A stretch of 64,000 bases of DNA, from assembly GCA_051362555.1 (NCBI GenBank), contig CM120640.1:35359967-35423966 (forward strand), written 5' to 3'. Numbering within the stretch: position 1 is the first letter of the stretch; every line of letters begins with the position of its first letter. The position numbers and the translations under genes were made by a program. This document shows positions 25,389-39,300 of the stretch, piece after piece. This DNA comes from Lingula anatina. Taxonomy: Eukaryota > Animalia > Brachiopoda. The notes under the pieces are model-generated. The model saw nothing but the letters and a program-made list of their open reading frames with translations, was not told the DNA's origin and ran no database searches.

Positions 25389-28300
25389 AAGGAATCAGAG
25401 AATGATAAAGCTGTTCAAAAGAATAGACAAAATTCTGGAGTAGAAAAGCAGGGTTCAAAGAAGAAAAAAGATGACACACAACAACGTAAGTGATTTATTG
25501 TGTGTATCTTTTGAAAGGAAATGAGAGTAGTAAAAATGTTAACAAGTGAATACTTGCCAGTTTCAGAACCAATACCAAGCAATAGTGAAGTCCAGTCGGC
25601 ACTATTAATAAATTCTGACATTAATAAGTACACTTTCTAAAAGTTTTAATCTGAATTTTATGACCTTAGATGTTCAAATAAATTTTTAGGGAAAGGAAAC
25701 CAGTAGAAATACTAACACAGGGACAGGTAGTATAATATTTAAATTTCAGTAAACCCTTGAGCATGCATGCAGTTCCCTCAGAGTTTCTGTTATGTCTGGA
25801 AATATCTTTTATAGTTTACTACCTGATATCTTTTGCGGTTGCATGAGGATTTTCTACATTTATAATGCCAGTATCATTTTTTTCAGTACCTGGCACAAGT
25901 TTAGGGATGGGCATTTTATCAGACACATCCTTTGAATCTTTAGAAGGAAAAGTATGTGAACTAACTTTGAAAGGTGTGAAGGATATGGGTTTCACCCACA
26001 TGACTCCAATTCAGGCCAAGTCTATTCCCTTTTTACTTGAAGGAAGGTAAGGTTATGTTTTTAAGCCTGTTTGGATGTGAGCTACTAGTTAGCATGCTTA
26101 TATTTATGTAAAAATTACTATTTGGAGCTTTGAAACGTAATCAGCATTTTAAATTTTAGGATGCTGGTACTGAAGTGCAAAATATATACACCATAATGAC
26201 AAAACATTTTTCTTTTTCTTTTTTATTTTCCTTATAATTTTCGAGATTTTAATGGATTTGTTTAGATAATTGGTGTCTCTTTTTGTTTTAAGATTTATCA
26301 TCTATATTCTGAATTTTATTTCTCTAAATGTTAATATACATTCTTTGCTTTAATGTTTTGTGGTATTATTTCAGGGATCTTCTAGCAGCAGCTAAAACAG
26401 GAAGTGGGAAAACATTAGCCTTCCTGATTCCTGCCATTGAGTTACTATACAAATTGAAATTTATGCCCAGAAATGGTAAGTGCTATGGTCTGTCATTTTA
26501 ACATGCTTTTTCTACCAGTTTATAATAGAAAAAAAGTTGTTGCTCAGGTACCTGTAGGTAGCCATCATTATCCAGATAGTAAATGAAATTCGGCTGAATT
26601 TAAAAAAAACATGTTTCTTTGGTCATATCTTGGATTTCCCCTTATTGCCAAAGAATTGACAGCTATTTCCTAACCAGCCAGTCTTTTATCAGTTTACAAA
26701 TATGTTATATGCTAGAACATTCTTGGACACAGAAATGTAACCCAGAGAGATGAAGCTGTTGTTACCAGAACATATGTTAACAACAGTGTAACAAGAGTTT
26801 GAGAACCTATTCACTTTTTCTACTACACCATCATTGAACATCATTGTAATGAAGATGTAGCACAATTAAAAAACTTGATAAATTCTAAAAAATCTAAAAT
26901 GTTCAGATGGGGAGATATAACCTAATCTGTTTTATTTCAGGGACTGGCATTATTGTGATTTCACCAACCAGAGAATTATCTATGCAGACATTTGGGGTGC
27001 TGAAAGAACTGTTAAAATATCACTGTCACACGTATGGGTTGATAATGGGAGGAACCAACAGACAAGAAGAAGCAAAGAAACTGGCAAAAGGCATCAACAT
27101 TCTTGTTGCTACACCTGGAAGATTATTAGATCACATGCAGGTGAAGGCTTTGTTGTGTGTTTTATATACTCGGCACATTATTTTGAAGAAATGTTGGTAG
27201 GAAAAAAATGGATCTTTTAACAAGCAGTGTTGTGAATTAAATTTTTTGTTAATGGATCAATATTGTGACTTTCTAGTGCTGTTCTTAACCTTCCATGTGT
27301 GTTCATGTGTTTTCACTGGGGCCTATCTGCTCTTATACAGAAATCTTGTGGGTGAAACAAAACTTTTTTTTCACTAATCTGTGGATGATGTGTGTGTTGC
27401 AGGGTTTCTGATTTGTTCTTGTTTAAATTGTTCCAGAACACTGCTGAATTCATGTACAAGAACCTACAATGTCTAGTCATTGATGAAGCTGATAGAATAC
27501 TTGACATAGGCTTTGAAGAAGAAATGAAGCAGATAATGAAACTCCTGCCTAGTAAGTAGTAGGTTTGAAATAACTTGGGGGTCTCTTGGGGTCTGTGATT
27601 TTCTGTATGGATGTTTTTAATTGTACCACCAGCGGTCCGTTCCGCCGCCATGTTACCGTTACCGCTTCTCCTCCTAGACGGTAAGGGCCCCCATACCCAT
27701 CTCGTGGATTTAGGTCACCTATAATCTCAACTCGTTCCACGTAAAATTTGGGCTTTGTCGGTATTGGGGTCTAGGTGTGGCACTCATTGCAATGCACCCT
27801 TGTCCAAAAATGGCAAAATTAAATGCTAATTATCTACCCTAGGGAAGGAATTATGGGAAAAATTTCTACAGACGGCTTTCCAAAAGTCATATGTGTAGAT
27901 TTCAAATATGCCCTTGGATTTGACCTTTGACCTTTATTTCAAGGTCAAACGGGCAAAAATTTTCAAAAAAATGAATTTTTTTTCGAAAAAAAATTTATTT
28001 GCGCTGTTATTCAGACACCACACAGACTTAACCAATAATATTATTGGAAAATGTTACCCTTCAGGTCATCTTTCATCTGTGTGAATTTGGGGTCAATCGG
28101 TGCATTTTCACGGGTGTAGCGGCCATAAGATACCGAAACTGAAAACTGTCTCTAATTCGGGAACCGTTAATGCTAGAGACCCATTCTTTTTTGCATTTTG
28201 TAGAGCATGTAAAGCCCAACACTGGAGGTGGTCTCCGTTTTTTTTGTATTCCATACGGTTTTCGAGTTACGCTGTGATGGTGAAAGCAAAATGTGCAGTA

Positions 28301-31300
28301 CGGTAATGGATAATAAATTTTGAACTCCGGAAAAATAAAACATAAGGCTTGGCGAGGCAGACAACTTGTGGTCAAAAATGACATTATTTCATCAAATTTG
28401 AACATCTGGAACTTCAGAGCACCTCCCATTTCAAGAATTTTGACCAAAATGACCTTTTCTTTATTTTAATTAAATTTTTCCGTAGGAAATTTATTGCACA
28501 TTATGGTAACTCCAAAATTATAACATTTAGTCCCTTATATCTCCAAAACTGGCAGAGATAAGTCCATAGTTACTATTGAAGTTGAATAGGAAGTCATGTA
28601 CTGGCAATCTTACTGTGACCTTGAAATTGACCTTTGACCTACTTTTCACCATGAACTGAACTTTGCAAATTTTGCCTCCCTTTTATCTCCAAAACTGGCA
28701 GAGATAGGTCCATAGTTACTATTGAAGTTGAATAGAAAGTCATATACTGGCAATCTAAATGTGACCTTGAAATTGACCTTTGACCTACTTTTCACCATGA
28801 ACTGAACTCTGCTAATTTCTTTCTCTTTTAACTCCAAACCTGGCAGAGATAGGTCCATAGTTACTATTGAAGTTGAATAGGAAGTCATATACTGGCAATC
28901 TAAATGTGACCTTGAAATTGACCTTTGACCTACTTTTAATCATGAATTGAACTTTGCAAATTTTGGTTCCCTTTTATCTCCAAAACTGGCAGAGATAGGT
29001 CCATAGTTACTATTGAACTTGAATAGGAAGTCATATACTGGCAATCTAAATGTGACCTTGAAATTGACCTTTGACCTACTTTTTATCATGAATTGAACTT
29101 TGCAAATTTTGGTTCCCTTTTATTTCCAAAACTAATGAGGTAGGTCCATAGTTACTATTGAACTTGAATGGGAAGTCATATACTGGCAATCTAAGTGTGA
29201 CCTTGAAATTGACCTTTGACCTACTTATAATCATGAACTGAACTCTGCTAATTTCTTTCTCTTTTAACTCCATACCTGGCAGAGATAGGTCCATAGTTAC
29301 TATTGAAGTTGAATAGGAAGTCATATACTGGAAATTTACTGTGACCTTGATATTGACCTTTGACCTACCTTACAATGAACTTAACTTTGATTGTACCATT
29401 TTAAGTTATATATATTTTTTGCGTATTTTGAAAATTCTTGTTGATTGCATTTTACAGCTTGTCAAGCATAAGACTAGTGGCTGTGTCCCTTATTTTGCGT
29501 ATGTGGGGGTCTATACGAATGCGCTTGCTCCAGCTGGTGGTACAATATTCGGAGGCGGTATCGCCTCTCTGATCCTCTAGTTATATTTAAGAATAGCTGA
29601 AGTGATTGAATAAGAATTTTTTGTTATTGTATACAAAGATGGATATCTTTTTAAGTGGAATTTTTTTGTAAATGGAAAAATTTCTCATTAATGTATCCAA
29701 ATTAATGCTTTTTAGAGAGGAGGCAGACAATGCTATTCTCAGCAACACAGACAAGGAAAACAGATGATTTAGCCAGGGTCTCACTGAAGAAAGAACCCAT
29801 GTATGTGGGAGTTGATGATGACAAAAGTGTGGCAACAGTGGAAGGCCTAGAACAGGTTGGTTATGTATTAAATGCAGTTTACATTTAAATATCTTTGTTT
29901 GAAAATTGATGTTTATCTTTCAGATTGTCAAACTTGTAGTGACTTGATGGTAATGTGGATGGATAGTTTGAAGTGCAGTGTTGCTTGTTTCAAAAGATGT
30001 ATTGTGAGAAAATGGTTTGAAATTGATTGATAAATTATTTTATAAATGATAATTATTGTTAAGACTAGAAATTTGACACATGATTTTTTATCAATTTTTC
30101 AGGGATACGTTGTGTGTCCATCAGAGAAAAGGTTCCTGTTACTTTTTACTTTCTTAAAGAAGAACAGAAAGAAAAAGATCATGGTTTTCATGAGTTCTTG
30201 TTTATCTGTCAAATATCATCATGAACTTTTGAACTATATTGATCTGCCAGTTATGTGTATACATGTAGGTATTCTGGTATAGATTTGTTTACTTAATTTA
30301 TGGATTTTTCAAAGTTTCCAAGTTATGTCTTGAAATTGAATCGTAGCTCAAACCTGTTATCTTTTGTAAATCATGGCTTGTATTTGAATTGTAGCACAAA
30401 CCTGTTATCTTTCATAAATGATAAGATAAACTGATAAGTATATGTTTGTTGCTCCCATCTTTAAAAATAAAAGATCAAGCTAAAAGAACCAAAACATACT
30501 TCCTGATAAGATAAACTGATGTTTTTTTGTTTATATTTTCTGCTTCCATCTTTAGGGTAAACAAAAGCAAACTAAAAGAACCCAGACCTTCTTCCAATTT
30601 TGCAATGCCAAGGAGGCCATATTGATATGTACAGATGTAGCTGCCAGGGGTCTGGATATACCTGCAGTGGACTGGATTGTCCAGTTTGACCCTCCAGATG
30701 ACCCTAAGGTAAAGTTTGAAATGACCAATTCATCTTCATTGGGAGTAAAACTACTTTGAATAAATGTGACCCTCTTTAGCCAATCTGCTTTTTATGTACA
30801 GACACAGATGTGTCTGTACATATAGCCATCATCTGCGTCTGTCGTCGGTGCCGTCGTCGCCGTCGTGCACTTTTACCGATAACACGATAAGTGGAAAACC
30901 GTTTTTGCTTTTGGCTTGAAACTTACAGAACTGATGAATATTCATAATATGCAGGTCAAGTTCGAAAATCAGCATGATCGGGCCATTTTTAGGGAAGTTA
31001 TGCTGTTTTTTCACTTTTTTCAGAATATATGCAGCACCGATAACACGATGAGTGGAAAACGATTTTACTTTTTGGCTTGAAACTTACAAAACTGATGAAT
31101 ATTCATAATACGCAGGTCAAGTTCGAAAATCAGCATGATCAGGTCATTTTTAGGGAAGTTACACTGTTTTTTCACTTTTTTCAGCATATATGCAACACCG
31201 ATAACACGATAAGTGGAAAATCGTTTTACCTTTTGGCTTGAAACTTACAGTACTGATGAATATTCATAATACGCAGGTCAAGTTCAAAAATCAGCTTGAT

Positions 31301-33305
31301 CGGGTCATTTTTAGGGAAGTTACGCTGTTTTTTTCACTTTTTTCAACATATATGCAACACTGATAACACAATATAAGAAAAACAGATAGACCAATTGTCA
31401 TTATACTTACATGAGTGGTCAATCTTACTAAAACGCAGCTTGAGTTTGTAAATCAGCATAATCGGGCCATTATTTTAGAAGTTATGCTGTTTTTTCACAT
31501 TTCCTCAGATTCAATTCTTAAGCATGTTAACAGTCTCATTATTTAACTAATAAGATACGTAAAAGTGTTTGTTTGATATTTCCTGCATCTTTACAACATA
31601 GTTAGTTGATTATGTAAAAATGATGGTAAACTTGTTATCGTGTATTGTGTAATAAAGTGTCAAAAATGGAAATAAACTCATATCATTGCAGTTTGTAAGA
31701 TTCAATCATCAACTATGTTCAGAATCTCAGAATGGAGGAAATTGGACGTTTAACACTGTTCTATTGATATTTTTCCCATCTCATCAATTTTCTTAGTTGG
31801 TCATATAAAAATGGCAGTAAACTGTTTATTTTGTTTTATGTTAAAAAAGTGTTAAAAATGGAAATAAACCCATTCCAGAACAGTGCTGTCTTGTTTACAT
31901 TTTGGCATTTTTAAGATGTGACTTTGAAGTTCCATGAGCCTGCAGACCTTTGCTAGTCACATTTTCTGAATATCCATGATATTAATATTTTATGATCAAA
32001 AATTGATGGTCATTATGCTGTTAAACATTATGTAATATTGCATCAAAATTTGAAGGAACCCCTATTTTGGGCACTGCTCCCATGATGACCATTTAAAGAA
32101 AATCATGTCACTCACTGTTATCAAACTTACAGGAAAGAAACATGGGACTAAAATTCAGCTTCAGTAGGCAATGCAGTCTGTTTGGTAATTTTTACTGGCA
32201 GTTAAACAGTTTTTTGTGAAAATTTAATTTTTTTCTTATTTGCATTTTCAAGGTGTGACTTTGAAGTTCCATGATCCTGAAGACCTTTGCTTGTCATGTT
32301 TTATGAATGACCATGATACAAATATTCTATTATTAAAAATTGATCGTCATTATGTAATGTTGCATCAAAATAGAAGAAAACACAATTTTTGGTGCTGCTG
32401 CCATGATGACCATTATGGAAAAACTGTGTTACTTATGACTGTCAAACCTTTAAAAAAAGAAACACTGGACTAAAATGCAGCCTGAGTTGGAAAAGCAGTC
32501 TTATTGGCTTCTTTTTCTGGAAGTTATACATTTTAGTGAAATATTCATTATCTTTTTGGCATATTCATTGTGGGACTCGGAGCTCCCATGGACATGAAGC
32601 CGAATGGTAATCAAATTTTCTACATTGCTATTTATAGTCAATAATCAAAAATTGGTGATAATTATTCTATAATTTATTATGTAATGTGACATCAAAATTG
32701 ACAATCTTTTTGCACTGCTACTGCAAACATTATGAAAAGGAAACTGTGTTATTTATTATTATTTTTAACTTACTAGTATGATTTTTAGGATTGGCATGCA
32801 GTTCAAATTAGAAAGCTAGGTCAATTGGGTAATCATTTATTATTGAATTTATGCAATTTTGTGTGAAATTTTCATTTTTCTCATTCTGACACTTTTTAAG
32901 TATAAACTTGAACTCTGATGGGCCTGAAGGCTTATGTTTTTACTTTTGTTGGTGTTACCTGTTGTGCATAATTAAAATTTGATGTTGACTGTGCAGTTAA
33001 ACATGTATTATTGCATCAGAATTAGTAGTCTCCTATTTTGTGCATTATTGTTTTGTGCTTTTCTTAAGATGTGACTTATGGGCCTGAAAGGCCTTTGAGA
33101 GGGTCAGTCTGTAAATTTCCCTTGGGTATCACTAAGCTAATTTTAGAGTAATAAAATTATTTGCCTAATTAATTATTAATAGGCCATTAAATGAGATTAC
33201 ATAAAGCACACTTGTTGATATCTCCCTGTAAACTCCCAAAGGTTAAGCTCTCTGCTAGATTAATAATAAGGAAGCAGTGATTATTATGGAGGTAAATTAT
33301 GCAGG

Positions 33306-33352
<47 letters not shown>

Positions 33353-36300
33353 AACACGAAGATAAAAAGTTTGAATAGCAGCATCATTGGAATTATATTT
33401 ACCTCAGGCTCTGCCAAGGAGGTTACATTTTCACCCCTGTTTGTCTGTCATCAACATAACTCAAAAAGTTATGGACCGATTTCTCTGAAATTTTCAGGAA
33501 CTGTCAGAAGTGGGCCAATAATTAGTTTTTTGGTGGTGGTCTGGCTCAATTATCAATCAATAATCAATAATAATCAACATTTGCTGCCTTGGCAGAGGTC
33601 TGCACTCTCGAAATGCTTTTCTAGTTTTGTTATGTTTTCCTTTATAATTTTTTCTCAAACACTTGCATTTGTGATTTTTAACTCTCATCCGCCTGAGTCT
33701 CTGCACATTTTCTGTATTTCCACATAAGCAGTTGTATTGTTTTTTATGTCTTTAAACATTATGTTACTTATGTAATATTATTTTATGCACTGTCATCATT
33801 TTTCAAATATTGAGACTTTCATCATGTGACTTTGGTCTCTCATGGTCCTGAAACTGTAATCTTATTGAAGGGGTGGATTGAGACCATCTTCTGGGTCTTC
33901 CAGAAGGCAGTCAGGTTATTATGTTTATATTGACTGGTATCTTTTTTTCTGTTGGAAGACCATCAAAATGGAGGATGGATCAACATAGATACTTTGGAAT
34001 AATGTCAGAAAATATCTCAGGGTCCGCTCCTGTTACTGACCATGTTACCTGTTGTGCATGATTAAAATTCAGTGTTGACTGACAGTTCTATAATAAGCAT
34101 TATTTATTATTGCATCAAATTGACAAAATGACCTTTTCTTTCTGTTTTTTGTCTGTACATTTGACAGCTTTGCTGCCTTGTTTTTTTGTCTCACTGTGCT
34201 CAATGCTAGATGTTATTGTTGCAGTAAGAATGTTATGTCTAAATGTTAAGTTGAATCCTTTAAGTCTTCAAATTGACTGAATAAAAAAAGGTGTGGCAGT
34301 ATGTTGCATTTGTCTTACTATGTCAATATAACAAATATTTTCTCTTATAGAAACCGTTTTTATAATATTTCACTGGTTCACAAACTTCGTTGATTAAAGT
34401 CATTAAATATTTCAAAGGAGTGAAAGATTATTCATGTTTGTCTTTTTGTTCAAGGAGAATGACCACTGATAAAAAATTTCCCATTTTAATTTGACTTTTT
34501 TTTTCTTTACAGGAATACATTCACAGAGTAGGGAGAACAGCGAGAGGAGAAGGAGGCACAGGACATGCACTGTTAATACTGAGACCAGAAGAATTGGGCT
34601 TCTTACGGTATCTCAAGCAGTCCAAAGTACCTCTGAATGAGTTTGACTTCTCTTGGAGCAAGATTTCAGACATACAGCCACAGGTTTGTACATTGTTTAT
34701 TTTCAGTTTTTGTTGTCATAACTTAAGGCCCTTAAAATGATGTATTTTGCTCCCTATCTTCATGTTAATTGGTAGAATATTCTGAATAAAACCACTTCTT
34801 TTTATGTACAGACACAGATGTGTCTGTACATATTGCCATCACCTGCGTCTGTCGTCGCCGTCGCCGTCGCCGATGCCGCCGCCGTGCACTTTCTTTGTAA
34901 ACACGATAAGTGGAGGGCAGTTTTACTTTTTGGCTTTATATTTACAGAGCTGATGAATATTCATAAAACGCAGGTCAAGTTTGAAAATCAGCATGATCGG
35001 GCCATTATTGTATAAGTTATGCTGTTTTTTTCACTTTTCAGCGTATATGCAACCCTGTAAACACATTTTAAGGAAAACCGTTAGGCCTGTTGTCATGAAA
35101 CTCACAAGAATAATCAATTTTACTAAAACACAGGTCAAGTTCGAAAATCGGCTTGATCGGGCCACTATTTTAGTAGTTATGCTGTTTTTTTCATTTTTCA
35201 GCATATATGCAACACCGTAAACACAATATAAGAAAAACAGATGGGCCAATTGTCATTAAACTCACAGGAGTGGTCAATCTTACTAAAACGCAGGTTGAGT
35301 TCGAAAATCAGCATAATCGGGGCATTATTTTAGAAGTTATACTGTTTTTTCACATTTCCTCAGATTCAACTCTTAGGCAATGTTAACAGTCTCATTACTG
35401 AACTAATAAGATACGTAAAAATGTTTGTTTGACATTTCCTGCATCTTTACAATATTGTTAGTTGATTATGTAAAAATGATGGTAAACTTGTTATCGTGTA
35501 TTGTGTAATAAAGTGTCAAAAATGGAAATAAACTCATATCATTGCAGTTTGTCAGATTCAATCATTCACTATGTTCAGAATCTCAGAATGGAGGAAATTG
35601 GACATTAAACACTATTCTATTGATATTTTTCCCATCTCATCAATTTTCTTAGTTGATCATATAAAAATTGCAGTAAACTGTTTATTTTGTTTTATGTTAA
35701 AAAAAGTGTTAAAAATGGAAATAAACCCATGTCAGAACAGTGCTGTCTTGTTTCACATTTCCTCAGATTCATCTCTTAGGCATGTTAACAGTCTCATTAT
35801 TTAACTAATAAGACATGTAAAAGTGTTTGTTTGACATTTCCTGCATCTTTATATCATTGTTAGTTGATTATGTAAAAATGATGGTAAACTTGTTATCGTG
35901 TATTGTGTAATAAAGTTTCAAAAATGGAAATAAACTCATATCATTGCAGTTTGTCAGATTCAATCATTTACTATGTTCAGAATCTTAGAATGGAGGAAAT
36001 TGGACATTTAACACTGTTGTATTGATATTTTTCCCATCTCATCAATTTTCTTAGTTGATCGTATAAAAATGGCAGTAACCTGTTAATTTTGTTTTATGTT
36101 AAAAAAAATTGTTAAAAATGAAAAAAAAAAAACATTTCAGAACAGTGCTATTTTGTTTACATTTTGGCATTTTCAAGTTGTGACTTTGAAGTTCCATGGG
36201 CCTGAAGACCTTTGCTAGTCACATTTTCTGAATATCCATGATACTAATATTTTATTTTTAAAAATTGATGGTCATTATGCTGTTAAACATTATGTAATAT

Positions 36301-39300
36301 TGCATCAAATTTTGAAAAAAAACTATTTTGGGCACTGCTCCCATGATGACCATTTAAGAAAAACCATGTCACTTACTGTTCTTAAACTTACAGGAAAGAA
36401 ACATGGGATTAAAATACAGCTTCAGTAGGCAATGCAGTCTGTTTGGTAATTCTTACTGCCAGTTAAACAGTTTTTTTGTGAAAATTTAATTTTTCACATA
36501 TTGGCATTTCCAAGGTGTGACTTTGAAGTTCCACAGGCTTGAAGACCCATGCTAGTCACATTTTCTGAAAATCCATGATACGTATATTTTGTTATTAAAG
36601 ATTGACGTACATCATGCTGTTAAGCATTATGTAATATGTCATCAGAATAGAAGAAAACACAATTTTGGGTGCTGCTGCCATGATGACCATTATGGGAAAA
36701 TCATGTTACTTATGATTGCCAAACTTTCATAAAAGAAATACAGGACCAAAATGCAGCCTGAGTTGGAAAAGCAGTCTAATTGGCTTCTTTTTCTGGAAGT
36801 TATACATTTTCAAATTGTGAACTTGTTACACATTTTACTTACATTGGTATTACCTGTTGAGCATAATTAAAATTTGATGTTGAATTTGCAGTTTAACATA
36901 ATGTACTTTTGCATCAGAATTGACAGTAGCCTAATTTGTGGATCGTTATTTCCTGTTTTTTGTCTGTACATTTGACAGCTTTGCTGCCTTGTTTTATGTA
37001 CAGCCTTATGCTTGTTACACATTTTACTTACATTGGAATTACCTGTTGAGCATAATTAAAATTTGATGTTGAATTTGCAGTTTAACATAATGTACTTTTG
37101 CATCAGAATTGACAGTACCCTATTTTGTTTTTTCCTTCTTTTTGTCTGTACATTTGACAGCTTTGCTGCCTTGTTAAAATACTGCATTTGCCCATTTTGA
37201 AATTTTGTGAAGGATCCAAATCTATAGACGTAAAATTTATAATTTTCCATTTGCCATTTGACTTGTTTACCAGGTGTATATTAATCTAGATTACTTATAT
37301 AATACCCATTTCTATATTGCAGCTGGAAAAACTGATAGAGAAAAACTACTTTCTCCACAAGTCTGCCCAGGAAGGGTACAAAGCTTTTGTACGAGCTTAC
37401 GCTTCTCACAGTCTGAAACAGATCTTTGATGTCAACAACTTGGATCTTCAGAAAGTGGCCATGTCATTTGGGTTTAAAGTCCCCCCATATGTTGATTTGA
37501 GTATCCTTTTCATGGTTTATAACACTTAATGTGTTATCATTTTATAATTTTTTGAACATTTTCAGTGTAGAACTGATTTTCTCATAGTAACTTCCAAGAG
37601 CAGATTGATGCTTAACATTTTTGTTTTTCGTGAATCTCTTGACTCACAAGTAAGTTTTCATCAATAAGCACATAACTGATTCCTCAGCTACTTGTGAAAA
37701 TTTACAGTACTCATGAAGATCTCTGTCTGTGCCTGCCTGCCTCTTCATTGCTCCTTTTACTTCTTTGCCCACTAAATCGCCCATTTGCTTGTTGGCCTAC
37801 TAATGCGTCCATTTGTAGAATGACACTTAACATGTCATTATCACTTCTCATGGTTGGCAGGTTACATGTTATACATACAAAATATCAAGATTGGTACATT
37901 AGTAGGTTTTAGTGTAGCAGTCTTAGCATCTTGAATGAATATGATGGTTGTGTGCTAATTGTCAGTTAAAGCCATGGTTTAGAAATAGACCTGGCATGTT
38001 TAGCAAGAAAATCAATCTGGGATGTGTATGGCTGTAACAGTGGTGGTCAGATTTATGTCAGTTATCAAATGTCCAGTATAAAAGATGATAGATAGATTTT
38101 ACGAAGAAAATATTAATGTAGAAAAGAAGCAGTTAATGGAACAATTACTATTTTGTTCTTGTATTCCATATTTGGAAAATTTAACCAAGCATTTATCTGT
38201 CTGGGTCTGCTGTGCTACACATAGGTAGATATACAACTGTGGAGATTCTCTTAATTGGGCAACTTGTGGAATTTGCCAAGAATCATTTTGATCTGGAGCA
38301 AATGATTTCAAAAACCTCAGTAATTTAGTGTCTAGGGCATGGCCTAAAGAAGGACACTAAATCAATTGAATAGATGCTTAGGTTATTGATTTTGTAATGT
38401 GCTTGGCATGCTGCATGTATTTAGCAGCATTTGAAGTGTGACTTTGAACAAGCCTCATCACAAAAAATTTGGATCTGATCTAAACAGTGGCACTTTGTTT
38501 ATTCATGAATACTTTTGAAATAAGACAAATCTATCTTGCATTTTGCTTGACACTATGCAACCACCTTTGATTAGATTTAAGGGGGAAATTGATGGATTTT
38601 TAGCAAATAGTTGTTGACTGTAGTAAGATTACTTACAGGGGATTAGAGGCACAAGGGAATTGCGTTGGATGACAAAGCTGCATTTTGGCACACAACATCT
38701 CTGGCTGAATTCTAATTTTACATTACATCCAGCAGTAAATTAATGAGAATATTTCAGACAATCAATTCTAATCAAATAATGTTTTCTTCACGAGTTTTAA
38801 ATGACATTACACAAAAGAGAGTACATATATTCTAAGTAAAATAACCGCCAAGGTTGCACTCAGTCCTGATGAATTTGGGGGGTTAATCTGTCACTAAGTA
38901 ATTTAAGATAGAGCAGAACATTTTTACCCTTTAGCAGTATCTTTTCAATTTGATTGTCATCATTTGTGGAAATATGTGGTAAGGAAAAGGCTCGTGAAGT
39001 TAAAATGAATTGCTAGGAATGGAAATAAAAAAAAAGGCAGAAGCTTTTTTTATAAAGACAGCACCATTTATTCTTACCAGCCGGATCAATACTATTTACA
39101 AAGCCATGAAATATTTGCAATCATGCAATAATAGTATGCTATAAAATCAGACTCGACATGAAAAAAAGTACCCAAGTTCAGGTGAGGCGAGGTTATTAAA
39201 GCTAGTGGAGAAATTGATTGTGAGATGGTAGAATGAACCTGCTGTGTCAGGCAATTATGCACCTAGTAGGTATCAGAAATCTAAGAATAGATGTTCTTGT

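Noticed and set aside
25090-25479. Poly-His (minus) and poly-Met/Lys (plus) ORFs
   Set aside because: These are alternative frames of the GAT/GAA acidic exon of DDX18.
25567-25630. Possible extra DDX18 exon after TTTCAG
   Set aside because: There is no good phase-compatible donor, and exons ending 25485 and starting 25887 already join in frame.
28646-29324. Two similar 80-aa ORFs ([17 protein letters not shown]...)
   Set aside because: They are by-products of the 146-bp tandem repeat and show no recognisable domain.
28535-29392. Regular repeats resembling a CRISPR array
   Set aside because: The units are full-length tandem copies without unique spacers, sit inside a eukaryotic intronic transposon, and there are no cas genes.
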